Assembly (NCBI RefSeq): GCF_001465295.1
Contig: NZ_CP011034.1
Coordinates: forward strand, 2,040,001-2,072,000
Direction: 5' to 3'
DNA from: Pseudoalteromonas translucida KMM 520
GTDB lineage: Bacteria > Pseudomonadota > Gammaproteobacteria > Enterobacterales > Alteromonadaceae
DNA: 32,000 nucleotides
Position numbers and translations under genes: made by a program. Positions 15,723 through 24,193 of the stretch are shown here, piece after piece (the stretch's first letter is position 1; each line of letters starts with the position of its first letter). Under the pieces are notes generated by a model. It ran no database searches. It saw only the letters and a program-made list of their open reading frames with translations, and was not told the origin of the DNA.

Positions 15723-17712
15723 ACAAGGTATTAGTCTTAAAACACAGATCTATGGGTTAATCATTTGTATTTCAATTTTATCTTTTTTTGTAAGAGTTAT
15801 TATTGATGTAGATACAACCCGAGACTATTTACAAACGCAAATGGCAAGCCATGCAAAAGATACTGCAACAAGCTTAGGCCTTTCTATCTCCCCTTATTTG
15901 GATACAGATGGCCTTATAGTAGGGCAAACTATGGCAACCGCAATTTTTGATTCTGGTTATTATAGTAAAATACGCTTTATAAATACAAAACATGAAACGC
16001 TATTCTCATTAGAAAACCCAACTCATGTCGACTCTGTGCCTCTGTGGTTTACAAACACCGTAGAGTTAAGCGCACCCACAATGCAATCTGAAATAAATAC
16101 GGGTTGGATCATTGCTGGTACACTTGAAGTTACTAGCCACTTGGGGGAGTCATACTTAACTTTATGGCAGCACACAAAGCGTAGCTTTTATAGTTCGCTC
16201 ATACTGTTAATTGCTTCACTGCTGATCACATATTTTATTTTACAAACAATATTCAAACCTTTAAAAGCAGTTGAAAAACAAGCACTACTTGTGACTCGCA
16301 AACGCTTTACACTCAATAATAAAGTACCGTTAGCCCAAGAGTTGCGCATAGTAACCAAAGCAATTAATAATATGGTGCTTAATTTACAAAGTACATTCGA
16401 CTCTTTAGCTAAACAAACCCAAGCGCTAACAAGCGCCGTGTATAGTGACCCACTCACAGGGTTAGGTAATCGCAAATCTTTTGAAAACTATTTTAATGCT
16501 ATTACTCACTCCATTACCCCTGAGCGACCAATGACAGCAACAATGGTCACACTCCCCTCGCTAGTAAATATTAATCAAACGCTTAGTTATCAAAGTGGTG
16601 ATGAGTATGTAACCGACGTTGCTAAAATATTAAAACTCTCTTTAGCTGATCTAAATAACTATAGGTTATGCCGAATAAATGGCAGCACCTTTGTTTTTAT
16701 TGCGCCATACGACATTACGTTTTTATATAATTTACACGCTAATCTTATTGAACTGTTTAGCCAAAAACAGCACAGTTCACATAATAATGGTTATGCTCGC
16801 TTAGCCTCTATAAATGTTGAAAAAAGCTTAACACTGAGTCATTTACTTTCGTCATTAGATACAAGATGTACTATTGGAGAAAGTACGATTGACGCTAACA
16901 TTGATAACAAAATAGTCTTTAGTGTAGAAGAGTGGCAAAAAATAATTCAGAGCATAATTAACTCTGGGGAAGTGAGCTTTTCAGTACAGCCTGTGAAAAA
17001 AAGTAATACCGAGCTTACACAGTGCTACTTTGAAGTATTTGCGCACTTTATCCATAACAATGAAAAAATAAACAATAGTCACTTATTCGCTATGGCCGAA
17101 AAGTTAAACTTAACAGAAGAGCTAGATAAAAAATTAATCCGTGATTTTATTAATATTAAAGTGCAATACCCAGAGGATAAATTCGCCTTAAATATAAGTA
17201 AGTCCTCGCTATATTCACCGGAGTTTATTCAGTGGCTAGGTGCGTTTTCTCAACACTACCCCAGCCTCAAAAACAATCTTATTTTTGAGCTACATGAATT
17301 GAGCTTACTAAGTAATATACGCGTTGCTGCACTTCATATTGATGCGATAAAAGAGGTTGGTATTAGTGTATGCGTAGAGCACTTTGGCACCAGTTTAACC
17401 TCTTTTAAATATTTACATGGCCTAGATATTGAGTATGTAAAAATTGACGGTAGCTACATTCAAGATTTAGTTGATAATCCTCAAAGTCGCTTTTATATTC
17501 AAACGGTAAATAATATTTGTCATGGTTTTGGTATTAAAGTTTTAGCGTGTTTAATTGAAAAACCCGAAACATTAAACATACTCGAAAGCTTAGGTTGTGA
17601 TGGTGTTCAAGGGAATTTAATTTGCTCGACCTCACAAGTAATCAACATTATTGATAAAAACACAAATAAAAAGTTTACTTTTCATCCAAATGTATTAGAA
17701 TTTTGTAAGTAG
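15706..17712 (+). CDS. lapD: LapD-type inner-membrane c-di-GMP receptor (LapD/MoxY N-terminal periplasmic domain, HAMP, degenerate GGDEF, degenerate EAL)
   Basis: I chose the ATG at 15706, which follows AGGAGG with about an 8-nt spacer; the track ORF begins at 15652 inside lapG. Layout is TM - periplasmic domain - TM - HAMP (IFKPLKAVEKQ...INNMVLNLQSTF). The GGDEF position reads SGDEY. EAL motifs are degenerate: EVF for EAL, EHFGT for DDFGTG, ACLIE for AEGVE. NISKSSL, ELHE, KIDGSYI and QGNLI are retained. Confidence 0.85.
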   Translation: MYHPFKQGISLKTQIYGLIICISILSFFVRVIIDVDTTRDYLQTQMASHAKDTATSLGLSISPYLDTDGLIVGQTMATAIFDSGYYSKIRFINTKHETLFSLENPTHVDSVPLWFTNTVELSAPTMQSEINTGWIIAGTLEVTSHLGESYLTLWQHTKRSFYSSLILLIASLLITYFILQTIFKPLKAVEKQALLVTRKRFTLNNKVPLAQELRIVTKAINNMVLNLQSTFDSLAKQTQALTSAVYSDPLTGLGNRKSFENYFNAITHSITPERPMTATMVTLPSLVNINQTLSYQSGDEYVTDVAKILKLSLADLNNYRLCRINGSTFVFIAPYDITFLYNLHANLIELFSQKQHSSHNNGYARLASINVEKSLTLSHLLSSLDTRCTIGESTIDANIDNKIVFSVEEWQKIIQSIINSGEVSFSVQPVKKSNTELTQCYFEVFAHFIHNNEKINNSHLFAMAEKLNLTEELDKKLIRDFINIKVQYPEDKFALNISKSSLYSPEFIQWLGAFSQHYPSLKNNLIFELHELSLLSNIRVAALHIDAIKEVGISVCVEHFGTSLTSFKYLHGLDIEYVKIDGSYIQDLVDNPQSRFYIQTVNNICHGFGIKVLACLIEKPETLNILESLGCDGVQGNLICSTSQVINIIDKNTNKKFTFHPNVLEFCK

Positions 17713-17737
17713 CCTATTTTTTAAACAAGGGTCGATC

Positions 17738-18280
17738 ATGAAATCAATTATCTTATTTGGACTAATAGTAGGGCTGTGTGTACTTTATGTACCGCAAACT
17801 TATGCACAAACTAATACATCAAAATCTGTTCAGTCTGCAGGAACAGACAACTTGATTTCGATTTTAAGTAATGCACCAATAGATGTGTCTCCTGAGCAAC
17901 TACAACAAGACTTAGTTGCCGCCATTAAAATTATTTGTAAAAACAATATAAAAAACCAACTAGACAAAACCTTGCCACGAGGCAACTGTAGTAACGCTCA
18001 GGTTGATCAAATGGTTACTGCCGTTGTTGCTGCTTTTGGTGTAGACAGCCCTATGGTTGCTGCTTTATTAGCTGCACTTTCAGCATACGGAGTAGATTCT
18101 GACACTATTACACTTGCTGCAATTAATGCGGGCATAGATGCTACTATTGCTTCACAAGCCACGGCTGCAGGCCCTACCCAAGCACAACCTAATCCTCCAA
18201 TTAGCTTACCTGTATTACCTACCCCTCCTGGATCGGGTGGTACTGGTGGTGATGCTGGTATATCTGAAGTTGGTAACTAA
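17738..18280 (+). CDS. Small Sec-secreted Ala-rich protein with three degenerate internal repeats, a TAAG motif and a Pro/Gly-rich tail (hypothetical)
   Basis: AAGGG RBS, 25 nt after the lapD stop. Signal peptide MKSIILFGLIVGLCVLYVPQTYA|Q. Repeats VTAVVAAFGVDSPM / VAALLAALSAYGVDSDT / ITLAAINAGIDATI. TAAG at residues 142-145 (nt 18161-18172). Tail PTQAQPNPPISLPVLPTPPGSGGTGGDAGISEVGN. I recognise no family. Confidence 0.7.
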   Translation: MKSIILFGLIVGLCVLYVPQTYAQTNTSKSVQSAGTDNLISILSNAPIDVSPEQLQQDLVAAIKIICKNNIKNQLDKTLPRGNCSNAQVDQMVTAVVAAFGVDSPMVAALLAALSAYGVDSDTITLAAINAGIDATIASQATAAGPTQAQPNPPISLPVLPTPPGSGGTGGDAGISEVGN

Positions 18281-18287
18281 CTTTATT

Positions 18288-18323
18288 AAATATAAATGCA
18301 GCCTTAGCGCTGCGTTTATATTT
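18288..18323 (+). terminator. Rho-independent terminator after the small secreted-protein gene
   Basis: aaatataaatgcagc-cttagc-gctgcgtttatattt forms a 15-bp stem with one G-U pair and a GC-rich top (gcagc/gctgc). The 3' arm runs into a T-rich tract (gtttatattttg). Confidence 0.75.
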
Positions 18324-18333
18324 TGAGAACACT

Positions 18334-19659
18334 GTGAATCGCTTTATATTTTTTGTTATATGTTTAATTATTTTTTTACTCCCCCTCCCCCTTGGCAGTT
18401 ATCGTCCATGGGCAATATTAACTATAGGCGTGTTAATTAGCTTTACGTTTTTAGTGCATTTATTTAATAGTACTATTAAAAATAAACAACTGCTTTATCC
18501 TCCTTTATACTCTTGGCCTATATTTATTGCTCTTGGCGTTGTTGTTTTAGTATGCACAATACAGCTATTTGGCATAAGTGTTGATCCGTTTCAAACTCAG
18601 CAAATGTTAATTAAAACCTGGTTTATGATACTATTTTGCTGGTTAATTTTTATTTACTGTAACCACTCCTTACGAATTAAAAAGCTAGTTTACACTGTTA
18701 TTTTTGCTGGGGTTTTTCAGGCTTTATATGCAAGTTATTTAAGCTTATCACCCGATATTATTAGCCCATTATTTAGTTATAAACATACCGATCGTGCTAT
18801 TGGTACTTTTACTTATTCTAACTTTTTAGCCAACTATTTAGCGCTGTGCTTATGCTTAGGCATTGGTGTGTTGATCAGTGAGTTAAAACGCTCTGCTAAC
18901 GACAATACACGATCACTCGCACAAACATTACGTGACTGGGCTGGCATATTATTAAGCTCTAAAATTGTGTTACGCGTATCATTAATTATTATTATTGTTG
19001 CCTTAATATTAACTCGCAGCCGTATGGGTAACTCGGCATTTTTTATCGCTTTAATGGCTATTAGCTTATTGGCTTTATTTATTTATAGGCAAAAGCCCAA
19101 AGCGTTTAAACACCTTATTATTAGCTTTTTTATTATCGATTTAATTATTATTGGTGCAATATTTGACGTTGAAAAAGTAAAACAGCGTATTAGCGAAACC
19201 AGTATACACTCAGAAACACGTGACGAAGTGGTACGCGACTCTATACCGCTTATATTAGATAAACCATTGCTGGGATCAGGTGGGGGTACTTTTTATACTG
19301 CTTTCCCTGCGTATCAATCAGAGCCCTTTTCTGGCTACTACGATAATGCGCATAACGATTATATACAATTTGCTGTGGAGCTAGGTATCCCGGCAACATT
19401 AGCGCTTGGTTTGCTGATACTTTATTGTTTATGGCTCTGTATTGTGACCATGCGCCAACGTAAAACCGCACTTTATCAAGGAGTGGCATTTGGCTGTGCT
19501 GTGGCTATTATTACTATGCTACTGCATTCTTTAGTAGACTATTCGCTGCAAGCTGGCGCTAATTCAATGCTGTTTATGGCTATTTTATGCTTGGCCATTT
19601 TAACTAATAAATTACCCGCGCCTAAAACTATAAAAAAAAGACGTAATCAAGCTAATTAG
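18334..19659 (+). CDS. Second O-antigen-ligase/Wzy_C-family membrane protein (WaaL-, PglL- or Wzy-like; function unresolved)
   Basis: 441 aa with about 11-12 TM segments. Motifs LTRSRMGNSAFFIAL and YYDNAHNDYIQFAVELGIPATL, plus a periplasmic loop between them. GTG start 10 nt after the terminator, with a weak RBS. Confidence 0.7.
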   Translation: MNRFIFFVICLIIFLLPLPLGSYRPWAILTIGVLISFTFLVHLFNSTIKNKQLLYPPLYSWPIFIALGVVVLVCTIQLFGISVDPFQTQQMLIKTWFMILFCWLIFIYCNHSLRIKKLVYTVIFAGVFQALYASYLSLSPDIISPLFSYKHTDRAIGTFTYSNFLANYLALCLCLGIGVLISELKRSANDNTRSLAQTLRDWAGILLSSKIVLRVSLIIIIVALILTRSRMGNSAFFIALMAISLLALFIYRQKPKAFKHLIISFFIIDLIIIGAIFDVEKVKQRISETSIHSETRDEVVRDSIPLILDKPLLGSGGGTFYTAFPAYQSEPFSGYYDNAHNDYIQFAVELGIPATLALGLLILYCLWLCIVTMRQRKTALYQGVAFGCAVAIITMLLHSLVDYSLQAGANSMLFMAILCLAILTNKLPAPKTIKKRRNQAN

Positions 19660-21515
19660 TGCTGTGCTAAATCAAACTCAGTTAAGTGACCCTCGCCATG
19701 AATAAGCTGATAGCGAGCCAAATTACCTTGCTCTAGCGTTATTAAGCTAATAGCTGAATCGCTCACTAAATACTTTTGCCCATCGCCTTTAGTTTGGTGT
19801 TTATCAACCTCCATATGCCAACGTTTAGTAAAGAAATTCAGCGGACTTTTCGGGCTATATAAAATTGAATCGAGTTTATCGAGTATATTTATTAATTTAC
19901 GCGGAAATTCGTTTTTTATACCACTGGCAGTCAGCTGCCACACTCTATTAGGATGATCACCAAAACGTTTTTGCACCGAAAAACAAAAGGAGTAATGTAC
20001 ATCACCAGATAAAATTAGCGTTTCGTTTGGCGTATCATCTCTTCTAAAAGTATCGAGCAATTTTCTTGCCGAGCCTTCGTGAGCCATCCAGTTTTCTACG
20101 TCTACCGTGAGCGGTTGGCCGCACATATTAAATAGCGCTTGAATAGCTTCAATCGATTTAACGCCAAATACTGGCGCGGGCGATACAATAATAACTTGAT
20201 CATGGCTCAATAAGCTCTGCTCAAGATCAGTAAGTCGCTCCCAATCAAGTAGACCAGAGGGCTCATTAAAGTTTTGCTCATTACGCCAACGATGTGTGCG
20301 AGTGTCGAGCACCACCACTTTAGGAACCGTTGTCAGTTCATAATGCCAGTGACTAAATTCTGTTAGTGTTTTATCAAATGCTTTAAACTGCCAGGTATTA
20401 CTGCTCGCTAAGCTGTCCTTAAACGCAGCGATTAATGTGCCCGTTTTAGTGAGCGCATCATTTCCCATCCCTTGAAACAACCAATAGCTAATTAAACCAT
20501 TACTCACAATACGTTTACTCACAGGGTTTTGATTAATCGCTTGCTCCCATCCAGCGGTCAGGTTCCAGTCATCGGTTACATCATGATCGTCAAATATCAT
20601 TAATGTAGATACATTGGCAAACAACCGCTCTACATCACTCAATCCTTTTACATAATCAATCAATGCTGATTTTTCGGCGTTAAAAATAGTCTTGTTTTGC
20701 GCGTTTTGACCTGCATACGTTGTGCTTTGTATATCGACACATTGCCAAGCGGCGGCACTAAAGTTTAATAAATAAAGTGCTATATATTCTTCAAAGTGGA
20801 TAAGGTGATTGTGGGCTTTTACACTTGAAAAGTGAGGTTCATCTTTTTTCAGCCAATAACTAACACCTAACTTTGAGCGTTTTTGCCAAGGTGTTTTTGG
20901 TAAGAACAAATGGCGATTATAAAGCTGCTCATTTATATCGTTCGGTAGCTCAATTGTAAGTGGTTGCTCTTTATAAATACCTAAGGCTTCAATTAACTGA
21001 TGAATAGCTAATAACATAGGCCCTGCTACGTCATCGGCATAAACCTGATCACCGCTCAGTAATAGCAATTGTGCGCCTTGGTTGTTATTACCGCGCTGAG
21101 TATTTTGCCAATGACTTGCAGAAACTAAACTGTCTTTTGCTGGATGATGTGCATTACGACATGATCCGTGCAAAATATCACTGAGTTTATTGGGAATTAC
21201 AAATGCAGGTGTTGCTTGATTGCTATAGCACCAAGGCGATAAATCAATTGGGGTATCGTCAACTATAAGTTCGTAGCTTAATAAGCTGTCAGTAGGAAAC
21301 TTATGATTTATTGGCTTTATAATGACGAAATGCAGATATAAATGTTCGCCGAGAGAAACGCTGTGCTGATCGCCGTAACATTCATAATTTAACAGTTCAA
21401 CGCGGCAATTAGCAGGCTTAGAGGTAGCAAACTGAATGCATACACTGGTTTGCTCGGCACGGCGCACCATAGGCCCCATTAATAAAATAGGAAGTTGCGC
21501 CGTGTGAGTTTTCAT
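19656..21515 (-). CDS. PhoD-like / calcineurin-type metallophosphoesterase, cytoplasmic (no signal peptide)
   Basis: 619 aa. N-terminal beta-sandwich-like LLMGPMVRRAEQTSVCIQFATS. Metallophosphatase motifs GSCRNAHH, LLLLSGDQVYADDV, MIFDDHDVTDDWN, LILSGDVHYSF. Starts 4 nt after the ycfH stop. Confidence 0.6.
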   Translation of the reverse strand: MKTHTAQLPILLMGPMVRRAEQTSVCIQFATSKPANCRVELLNYECYGDQHSVSLGEHLYLHFVIIKPINHKFPTDSLLSYELIVDDTPIDLSPWCYSNQATPAFVIPNKLSDILHGSCRNAHHPAKDSLVSASHWQNTQRGNNNQGAQLLLLSGDQVYADDVAGPMLLAIHQLIEALGIYKEQPLTIELPNDINEQLYNRHLFLPKTPWQKRSKLGVSYWLKKDEPHFSSVKAHNHLIHFEEYIALYLLNFSAAAWQCVDIQSTTYAGQNAQNKTIFNAEKSALIDYVKGLSDVERLFANVSTLMIFDDHDVTDDWNLTAGWEQAINQNPVSKRIVSNGLISYWLFQGMGNDALTKTGTLIAAFKDSLASSNTWQFKAFDKTLTEFSHWHYELTTVPKVVVLDTRTHRWRNEQNFNEPSGLLDWERLTDLEQSLLSHDQVIIVSPAPVFGVKSIEAIQALFNMCGQPLTVDVENWMAHEGSARKLLDTFRRDDTPNETLILSGDVHYSFCFSVQKRFGDHPNRVWQLTASGIKNEFPRKLINILDKLDSILYSPKSPLNFFTKRWHMEVDKHQTKGDGQKYLVSDSAISLITLEQGNLARYQLIHGEGHLTEFDLAQH

Positions 21516-21519
21516 GTAT

Positions 21520-22299
21520 TTAGCCTTTGGCTGCTAATTTAAATAAAGTGTAAAAGTTCTCAGTAGTCGCTTTTGCCAGTTCGTTAAAGCTAATTCCCTT
21601 TAATTCACTAATGTAATAAGCCACATCTTCTACATATGCTGGTTGATTAGTTTTGCCGCGATACGGTACCGGTGCTAAATATGGAGAGTCGGTTTCTATT
21701 AACAGGCGATCGAGCGGTATTTGTTTTACCACTTCTTTTAACTCTACGGCATTTTTGAAGGTAACAATCCCCGAAATCGAAATATAAAAGCCCATATCAA
21801 TGGCTTTTTTAGCCATATCCCAATCTTCGGTAAAACAATGCAGTACACCACCGCAATTTTCGGCGTTATGCTGTTTCATTAAATTAATGGTATCGTTACG
21901 GGCGTCACGGGTATGAATAATTAGTGGTTTTTGTAATTGGTTTGCTACTTCTATATGCCCTACAAAGCTTGCCTGTTGTACGGCATGTGTGTCTTTTGCG
22001 TAGTAGTAATCAAGCCCTGTTTCGCCAATGGCGACGACTTTATCGTGCGACGCTAAATCAATTAATTGTTGCTTATTAAGCGCATCTTTTTGATCAAGTG
22101 GATGTACGCCACATGAAGCTGACACATCATCATAATGCTTAATTTTATCAAGCATATTCGGGAATTGATCAAGTGTTACGCTTACGCATAAAAAGTGTTC
22201 AACCTTTTTTGCACGCGCTTTATCAAGTACTTGGTCAAGGTTTAAATCGAGCTTATCAAAATCAAGGCGGTCTAAATGGCAATGAGAATCTACAATCAT
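21520..22299 (-). CDS. ycfH: TatD-family metal-dependent hydrolase/DNase (YcfH)
   Basis: MIVDSHCHLD..., IGETGLDYYY, LIIHTRDA, GVLHCFTEDW, ISISGIVTFKNA, LLIETDSPYLAPVPYRGK. Conserved position after holB/pilZ. Confidence 0.9.
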   Translation of the reverse strand: MIVDSHCHLDRLDFDKLDLNLDQVLDKARAKKVEHFLCVSVTLDQFPNMLDKIKHYDDVSASCGVHPLDQKDALNKQQLIDLASHDKVVAIGETGLDYYYAKDTHAVQQASFVGHIEVANQLQKPLIIHTRDARNDTINLMKQHNAENCGGVLHCFTEDWDMAKKAIDMGFYISISGIVTFKNAVELKEVVKQIPLDRLLIETDSPYLAPVPYRGKTNQPAYVEDVAYYISELKGISFNELAKATTENFYTLFKLAAKG

Positions 22300-22308
22300 G
22301 GTACTACT

Positions 22309-22635
22309 TTACATGGTATAAGTTGGATTACCGGAGTTTAACATAGTCCCCAGTAGTTTTTCGATCTTGGCGTTTAGGTTTGTTTTATCATCTAAAAAAC
22401 TAATACCTATGCCCGGCGGGTTAGAGCTTTGCGCTCCTTGTGGTGTGATCCACGACACTTTCCCGGTCACAACATCATCCTCTAACGCATCTGGAAGGGT
22501 GACTCGTAAAGCGAGTGAATGCCCTACTTCGTAACGCATATTAGTGCGTACAAATAAGCCGCCTTTTTTTAAATAAGGCATATAACAGCAATATAATTCA
22601 TCTAAATCGTCTATATCTACTAATAGCTCTTGCAT
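22309..22635 (-). CDS. pilZ: Type IV pilus assembly protein PilZ (PA2960-type, lacks the RxxxR c-di-GMP-binding motif)
   Basis: LYCCYMPYLKKGGLFVRTN...GKVSWITPQGAQSSNPPGIGISF...PTYTM matches my memory of P. aeruginosa PilZ. It has the same holB-adjacent position as in Pseudomonas. Confidence 0.85.
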   Translation of the reverse strand: MQELLVDIDDLDELYCCYMPYLKKGGLFVRTNMRYEVGHSLALRVTLPDALEDDVVTGKVSWITPQGAQSSNPPGIGISFLDDKTNLNAKIEKLLGTMLNSGNPTYTM

Positions 22636-22645
22636 GCTCAGTCCT

Positions 22646-23560
22646 TTAATTATTTCGCAGTACGGACGCTAATCTCGATACTGCTAGCGGTAAATTTAGC
22701 CCGAGTATTTTGGTATTATTTTGTAAAAACTCGTTTAGTGCATGTTGCACATTTTGATAAGCGTCAAAGCTCATGCCTTGCATAAGCTGTTGTTTTAATT
22801 GCTCGCTTAAAAATAACGTAAATATACGAATAAGCTCAGGCTGTTTATTTATTATTGCTACTAACTCAGTAAAATTATGACTTTGTTTAAACTCAGTTGC
22901 AAATTTATAAAGTGTATTTATATTTTGTAGCTGATTTTGCTCATGCCAATATTTAACTTGCAGTGGTTGGCTGTAAAACAGCGGCAACCAGGTATAATTG
23001 GTTATTTCTAGCGATTCTAACCATTGCTGAGCAAGTGCTAAGTTTGTTACTTTTACATCCGTTTTTGCACAGCGACTTAAAACAGTGGCTGGCAATTGTG
23101 TAGCTTGACTGGTTGTGAGAATTAAAAACCGGCTTTGACTTGGCTCTTCTAGCGTTTTTAATAACGCATTTGCAGCAGCGGTAGTCATTTTTTCGCAGTT
23201 TTCGATAATAGCGACTTTATTACCATTTTGCGCTGCCGAATGATGCATAAAATCACTAATACCACGTATATCGTCTACGCCAATACTCTGCCCATCAACT
23301 TGCGTTAAGCGCTTATCAGGGTGAGTACCTGCCTTTATTAATAAACAACTCTTACACTGTCCACACGCCGATAATACACTTTTTTTTGCCGCAACTTGCT
23401 CGGCTATGTTGTTACATAACAATGCATTTGCTAACTGGCTGGCAAAAGCAAACTTACCAACACCAATAGGGCCACTAAACAACTGCGCATGATGAAAGCG
23501 CTGCGCTTTAAAACTTTGTGTTAAGCGTTGCTCTATATCGTGCAGCCAAGGCAATGTCAT
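22646..23560 (-). CDS. holB: DNA polymerase III delta-prime subunit
   Basis: MTLPWLHDIEQRLTQSF...HAQLFSGPIGVGKFAFA..., Zn module CGQCKSCLLIKAGTHPD, and NALLKTLEEP. I chose the ATG at 23560 (TAAT-ATG junction with tmk) rather than the track start at 23596, which would overlap tmk by 35 nt. Confidence 0.85.
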   Translation of the reverse strand: MTLPWLHDIEQRLTQSFKAQRFHHAQLFSGPIGVGKFAFASQLANALLCNNIAEQVAAKKSVLSACGQCKSCLLIKAGTHPDKRLTQVDGQSIGVDDIRGISDFMHHSAAQNGNKVAIIENCEKMTTAAANALLKTLEEPSQSRFLILTTSQATQLPATVLSRCAKTDVKVTNLALAQQWLESLEITNYTWLPLFYSQPLQVKYWHEQNQLQNINTLYKFATEFKQSHNFTELVAIINKQPELIRIFTLFLSEQLKQQLMQGMSFDAYQNVQHALNEFLQNNTKILGLNLPLAVSRLASVLRNN

Positions 23561-23561
23561 A

Positions 23562-24188
23562 TTATTTTTGCTCTGCAAAAAATGTGCGTAATACATTCGT
23601 TATATCACGATGTACGTGCTCAATGCTTTGATTAGCGTCAACAGTTTTAATAGAGTTGTCGTCATTAGCAAGTTCTAAGTAACGCATGCGTGTACGCTGA
23701 AAAAACTCAATCGCTTCTTGTTCTATTCTGTCTAATTCACCTCGACCTTTAGCGCGTTCAAGGCCAATAACAGGATCAATATCCAAGTAAATGGTTAAAT
23801 CGGGTTTTAGCCCTTTTAATACCATTGAAGAAAGTGATGCAAGTGTATTAGCACCAATACCACGTCCGCCACCCTGATACGCCTGCGATGACAAGTCGTG
23901 ACGATCGGCAAGTACCCATTGCCCTTGCTCAAGCGCTGGGTTAATAACATTATGCATTAGCTGCGAGCGTGCTGCGTACATAATTAATAATTCAGTTTCG
24001 AATGCTATTTCTTCGTCATGTTGTGCTTTTACTAATGTACGTAACGATTCAGCAAGCGGCGTACCACCGGGTTCACGCACATTAATAAAATCAATTTTTT
24101 TGCTGTTTAAAAACGACTGGCACAAAGCAATAGCGGTAGATTTACCGGCACCTTCTAACCCTTCGATTACTATAAATTTAGGTTTCAT
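23562..24188 (-). CDS. tmk: Thymidylate kinase
   Basis: KFIVIEGLEGAGKST P-loop, DRHDLSSQAYQGGGRG, 208 aa. Confidence 0.95.
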   Translation of the reverse strand: MKPKFIVIEGLEGAGKSTAIALCQSFLNSKKIDFINVREPGGTPLAESLRTLVKAQHDEEIAFETELLIMYAARSQLMHNVINPALEQGQWVLADRHDLSSQAYQGGGRGIGANTLASLSSMVLKGLKPDLTIYLDIDPVIGLERAKGRGELDRIEQEAIEFFQRTRMRYLELANDDNSIKTVDANQSIEHVHRDITNVLRTFFAEQK

Positions 24189-24193
24189 AAAAA

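Noticed and set aside
22309-22635. PilZ as a c-di-GMP effector linked functionally to LapD.
   Set aside because: The sequence lacks the RxxxR and D/NxSxxG binding motifs and matches the non-binding PA2960-type pilus-assembly PilZ. Its position next to holB is ancestral synteny, not linkage to lapGD.
23561-23596. The track start of holB at 23596 (MYYAHFLQSKNN...).
   Set aside because: It overlaps the tmk 3' end by 35 nt. The ATG at 23560 gives MTLPWL..., matching the usual HolB N-terminus, and forms a TAAT-ATG junction with tmk.
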